Shown here one piece after another: positions 62,901 through 64,000 of a stretch of DNA of 64,000 nt. The number at the start of each line of letters is the position of its first letter. Position 1 is the stretch's first letter. This DNA is from Octopus sinensis (lineage: Eukaryota), in the NCBI RefSeq assembly GCF_006345805.1, contig NC_043005.1:64418001-64482000 (forward strand), read 5' to 3'. The notes beneath the pieces were generated by a model. The model did no database searches. It saw only the letters and a list, made by a program, of their open reading frames with translations, and had not been told where the DNA came from. Both the position numbers and the translations under genes were made by a program.

Positions 62901-63691
62901 TGCAGCTCGGTTGGGATGTATTACCCCACCCTCCATATTCACCAGATATTGCTCCTTCAGATTTCCACTTATTCAGGTCTCTGCAGAATAGTCTTAATGG
63001 TAAAAATTTCAATTCCTTGGATGACTTAAAAAGATACCTTGATGAATTGTTTGCCAAGAAACCACCTCAGTTCTTGGAAGAGGGTATTTTCAAGTTAAAG
63101 GAAAGATGGAGACGCATTGTGCAACGAAATGGTTCATATTTGGTTGATTAAAAATGTAATGGCAAGTATTTATTGAGCTTTTTCTTTCCTTTAAAAATCG
63201 GTATGAAATTTCCGGACAACCCAATACTATATCTAGTCCTTCCTTCTCAGAATGCACCATTTTGGAATCCCCCTTGTGATCTTCTATTTGCGCATTCCTC
63301 TTGGAGGGACTGCAAAGTTCATAGGCACAAAACCTTCCAAGAAACCAATAAAAACGAAGTTGAATATGAAAACAATGTTTCTTACCTTTAATAAATGTAT
63401 CAAATTCCAAAGGTGTGATAGCTCCAGAAGCAATGGCAATCTTGATTGTGAGGAGAAGAGTAAACAGAAACTTATCTCGTTCATACAGACCACGGCAGGT
63501 GTATGAGAATATCTTGAAGGTAAAGTGTTCGATAATGTTCATTATACGTTTAGATGTGACCGGTGACTTGGCAGATTTCTTAATGGAGTAATCAAAGATT
63601 CCCAGGAACTGTTTCAGTGATGTTTGGTACATCACATTCACTAAACTCATTTCCACAATGACAAAGTAAGCAATACTGCCTTGTGATGCAA
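33154..63691 (-). CDS. DNAH5: Axonemal outer-arm dynein heavy chain (DNAH5/DNAH8-like), C-terminal 14 coding exons; 5' part lies beyond the window
   Basis: Fourteen GT-AG exons join in frame (2423 nt) with no stops or frameshifts. The peptide carries the AAA6/C-terminal motifs I recall from DNAH5/8: [122 protein letters not shown]5 versus DNAH8 cannot be resolved because these are vertebrate paralogues. Confidence 0.96.
34918..35319 (+). mobile_element. piggyBac-like MITE interrupted by a family-3 SINE
   Basis: TTAA|CCC...GGG|TTGA ends; SINE at about 34943-35115 flanked by duplicated TTACT; related partial copy at about 57448-57665. Confidence 0.6.
35588..35966 (+). mobile_element. Non-autonomous Helitron, short form
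   Basis: TC...CGAGCAACGCCAGGCGATACTGCTAG. Confidence 0.8.
36673..36799 (-). CDS. DNAH5: Dynein exon E13 (127 nt, phase 0/1): [20 protein letters not shown]...APQE
   Basis: ctttag acceptor, G|GTATGA donor; read manually. Confidence 0.95.
37111..37146 (+). ncRNA. Minimal hammerhead-like motif with U at position 6, inside a dispersed repeat (about 37040-37240)
   Basis: CTTT CTGTGGA A GAGT GTAG GCTC GAAAT GTT AAAG; same family as 63968-64000. Confidence 0.55.
37739..37784 (+). ncRNA. Hammerhead relic, intact core but decayed cleavage site
   Basis: GACAC CTGATGA A GGCTG GAGTGTATAT CAGCC GAAAC ACT GTATT. Confidence 0.6.
38002..38044 (-). ncRNA. Hammerhead-like motif, intact core, imperfect stems
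   Basis: ATGGT G CTGATGA TAGCC AAGA GACTA GAAAT GCC ATC ACCGT. Confidence 0.5.
38236..38364 (-). CDS. DNAH5: Dynein exon E12 (129 nt, phase 0/0): [12 protein letters not shown]...WMTGFFNPQ
   Basis: tttttag acceptor, CAA|GTAATC donor; read manually. Confidence 0.94.
39015..39350 (+). mobile_element. Decayed RTE-like 3' fragment
   Basis: [28 protein letters not shown] resembles RTE LYxACVRSAMLHGSETW. Confidence 0.5.
39453..39838 (+). mobile_element. SINE family 4 (TGGCCCAGTGGTTAG head); representative copy
   Basis: A and B boxes (GGTTTCGATTCC). Related copies at about 43325-43855(-), 48140-48465(+), 53672-53975(-), 54178-54500(-). Confidence 0.85.
40793..40850 (-). ncRNA. Type I hammerhead ribozyme, U3-A8 core variant, apparently intact
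   Basis: GTCTGAC TGC GCTACA TTGACAA GGGG CAATA CCCC GAAAC GC GTC TGTAGC T GTCAGAC. Perfect stems I and II, palindromic ACGCGT stem III, GUC triplet; predicted cut between 40805 and 40804. Confidence 0.85.
41482..41874 (-). mobile_element. Non-autonomous Helitron, short form
   Basis: Reverse-complement copy with A|TC and CTAG|T ends. Confidence 0.8.
42191..42403 (-). CDS. DNAH5: Dynein exon E11 (213 nt, phase 0/0): VKERLKKMG...[14 protein letters not shown]...SWKK
   Basis: ttctag acceptor, AAG|GTTAGT donor. Confidence 0.95.
42446..43070 (-). mobile_element. Tx1/L1-like LINE 3' end with 3' UTR and tail
   Basis: ORF 42803-43051 [11 protein letters not shown]...[16 protein letters not shown] resembles the ORF2 C-terminus; tail CCTTGTAATTTGTCCCCTCTGTGTTCAGCCCTGTGTGGCTAGTAAAGAAA. 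Confidence 0.7.
44522..44678 (-). CDS. DNAH5: Dynein exon E10 (157 nt, phase 2/0): YQTNTAND...GETRESVV...YNPFE
   Basis: tttcag acceptor, GAG|GTAAAT donor; read manually. Confidence 0.95.
44785..45240 (+). mobile_element. SINE-like family 3 with internal ~50-bp tandem subrepeats and (GAT)n tail; representative copy
   Basis: Repeated GCACGTAAAAAGCACC-type units. Other copies at about 34943-35115(+), 44258-44497(+), 47225-47610(-), 59166-59575(-). Confidence 0.85.
45890..46400 (+). mobile_element. Penelope-like element RT (thumb/linker) fragment
   Basis: From 46010: [11 protein letters not shown]...[14 protein letters not shown]...[28 protein letters not shown], then after a frameshift [18 protein letters not shown]; these match PLE SNHP, WFNPP and KISYSC motifs. 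Confidence 0.8.
47790..47901 (-). CDS. DNAH5: Dynein exon E9 (112 nt, phase 1/2): GYTIPK...[10 protein letters not shown]
   Basis: ttaacag acceptor, GTAAGA donor; read manually. Confidence 0.95.
49572..49722 (-). CDS. DNAH5: Dynein exon E8 (151 nt, phase 0/1): GVSWSTVRY...[14 protein letters not shown]...SFYT
   Basis: tttatag acceptor, G|GTATGG donor; read manually. Confidence 0.95.
51021..51215 (-). CDS. DNAH5: Dynein exon E7 (195 nt, phase 0/0): EQLDIN...[17 protein letters not shown]...DPKK
   Basis: tacacag acceptor, GTAAGT donor. Confidence 0.95.
51732..51896 (-). CDS. DNAH5: Dynein exon E6 (165 nt, phase 0/0): [18 protein letters not shown]...NVTQ
   Basis: ttttcaag acceptor, CAG|GTAATG donor. 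Confidence 0.95.
52640..52850 (+). mobile_element. RTE 3' end fragment
   Basis: [24 protein letters not shown]...ELARDRQ*WRALV. Confidence 0.6.
53117..53256 (-). CDS. DNAH5: Dynein exon E5 (140 nt, phase 1/0): [15 protein letters not shown]...LFVT
   Basis: ttgcag acceptor, GTAAGT donor; read manually. Confidence 0.95.
54992..55127 (-). CDS. DNAH5: Dynein exon E4 (136 nt, phase 0/1): [10 protein letters not shown]...LSMGSDPT...KKKVM
   Basis: ttacag acceptor, GTAAGT donor; not in the ORF track, read manually. Confidence 0.94.
56118..56930 (+). mobile_element. Non-autonomous Helitron, long form with a different internal segment of about 490 bp
   Basis: Same termini and first 290 bp as the short form; 56407-56895 differs. 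Confidence 0.8.
57230..57397 (-). CDS. DNAH5: Dynein exon E3 (168 nt, phase 0/0): AWKHWFDD...SEAMGPQ
   Basis: gtgaag acceptor (AAG), CAG|GTGTGT donor; [11 protein letters not shown] motif. Confidence 0.93.
60116..60255 (-). CDS. DNAH5: Dynein exon E2 (140 nt, phase 1/0): [17 protein letters not shown]...SRNDK
   Basis: ttgtag acceptor, AAG|GTGAG donor. Confidence 0.95.
62669..63224 (+). mobile_element. Internally deleted mariner (MITE-like), family A, in dynein intron E1-E2
   Basis: Same TIRs and TA TSD; ORF 62879-63151 [26 protein letters not shown]. Confidence 0.93.
63386..63691 (-). CDS. DNAH5: Dynein exon E1 (306 nt, phase 1/1): [10 protein letters not shown]...EFDTFIKG
   Basis: tttacag acceptor, AAAG|GTAAG donor, open frame. 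Confidence 0.95.
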
Positions 63692-63791
63692 CTGTAAAGT
63701 AATAAATAATATTGAATAGCTGTAAGTATGATATTGCATGGACACATAAATACTTAAATATAATTGTATTTTTGTGTATGTATATCATCAT

Positions 63792-63874
<83 letters not shown>

Positions 63875-63967
63875 GGAAGGTTTACAAAAATAAAGAAAAG
63901 ACGAAGGCAGGTGGAGTACAAACAAACAACTGTATTAGTATGGCTCTCAGGAATAGAAATAAAACAA

Positions 63968-64000
63968 GTCTCTTGTGTTTCGAGCCTACGCTCTTCAACA
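63968..64000 (-). ncRNA. Minimal hammerhead-like motif with U at position 6, cut by the window edge, cleavage site decayed
   Basis: TGTTGA A GAGC GTAG GCTC GAAAC ACA AGAGAC; its flank (63873-63967) resembles 37147-37240. Confidence 0.5.

Overview
AT-rich, microsatellite- and repeat-dense animal genomic DNA. The SINE, MITE and LINE repertoire points to an octopus (coleoid cephalopod); that is an inference from repeat motifs, not a database result. The only well-supported host gene is the 3' end of an axonemal outer-arm dynein heavy chain (DNAH5/DNAH8-like) on the minus strand. It has 14 coding exons from 63691 down to the stop at 33154, all GT-AG and phase-consistent, encoding about 807 C-terminal residues; the gene continues beyond 64000. 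The rest is mobile DNA: four SINE families, RTE, CR1/L2-like, Tx1/L1-like, R4/Dong-like and Penelope-like retroelement fragments, mariner and piggyBac-like MITEs, and four non-autonomous Helitrons. The most interesting signal is nine type I hammerhead ribozyme motifs from several unrelated sequence families. Two look intact and sit at the tip of roughly 140-150 nt rod-like RNA folds: 14979-15033 (+), and 40793-40850 (-), a compensatory U3-A8 core variant on the sense strand of a dynein intron. Three others carry an unusual U at core position 6. Also notable are a SINE that shares its 3' tail with a Tx1/L1-like LINE and nests inside other SINE heads, and two long near-perfect palindromes just downstream of the dynein gene. 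All structures were read by eye; none was folded or searched computationally.
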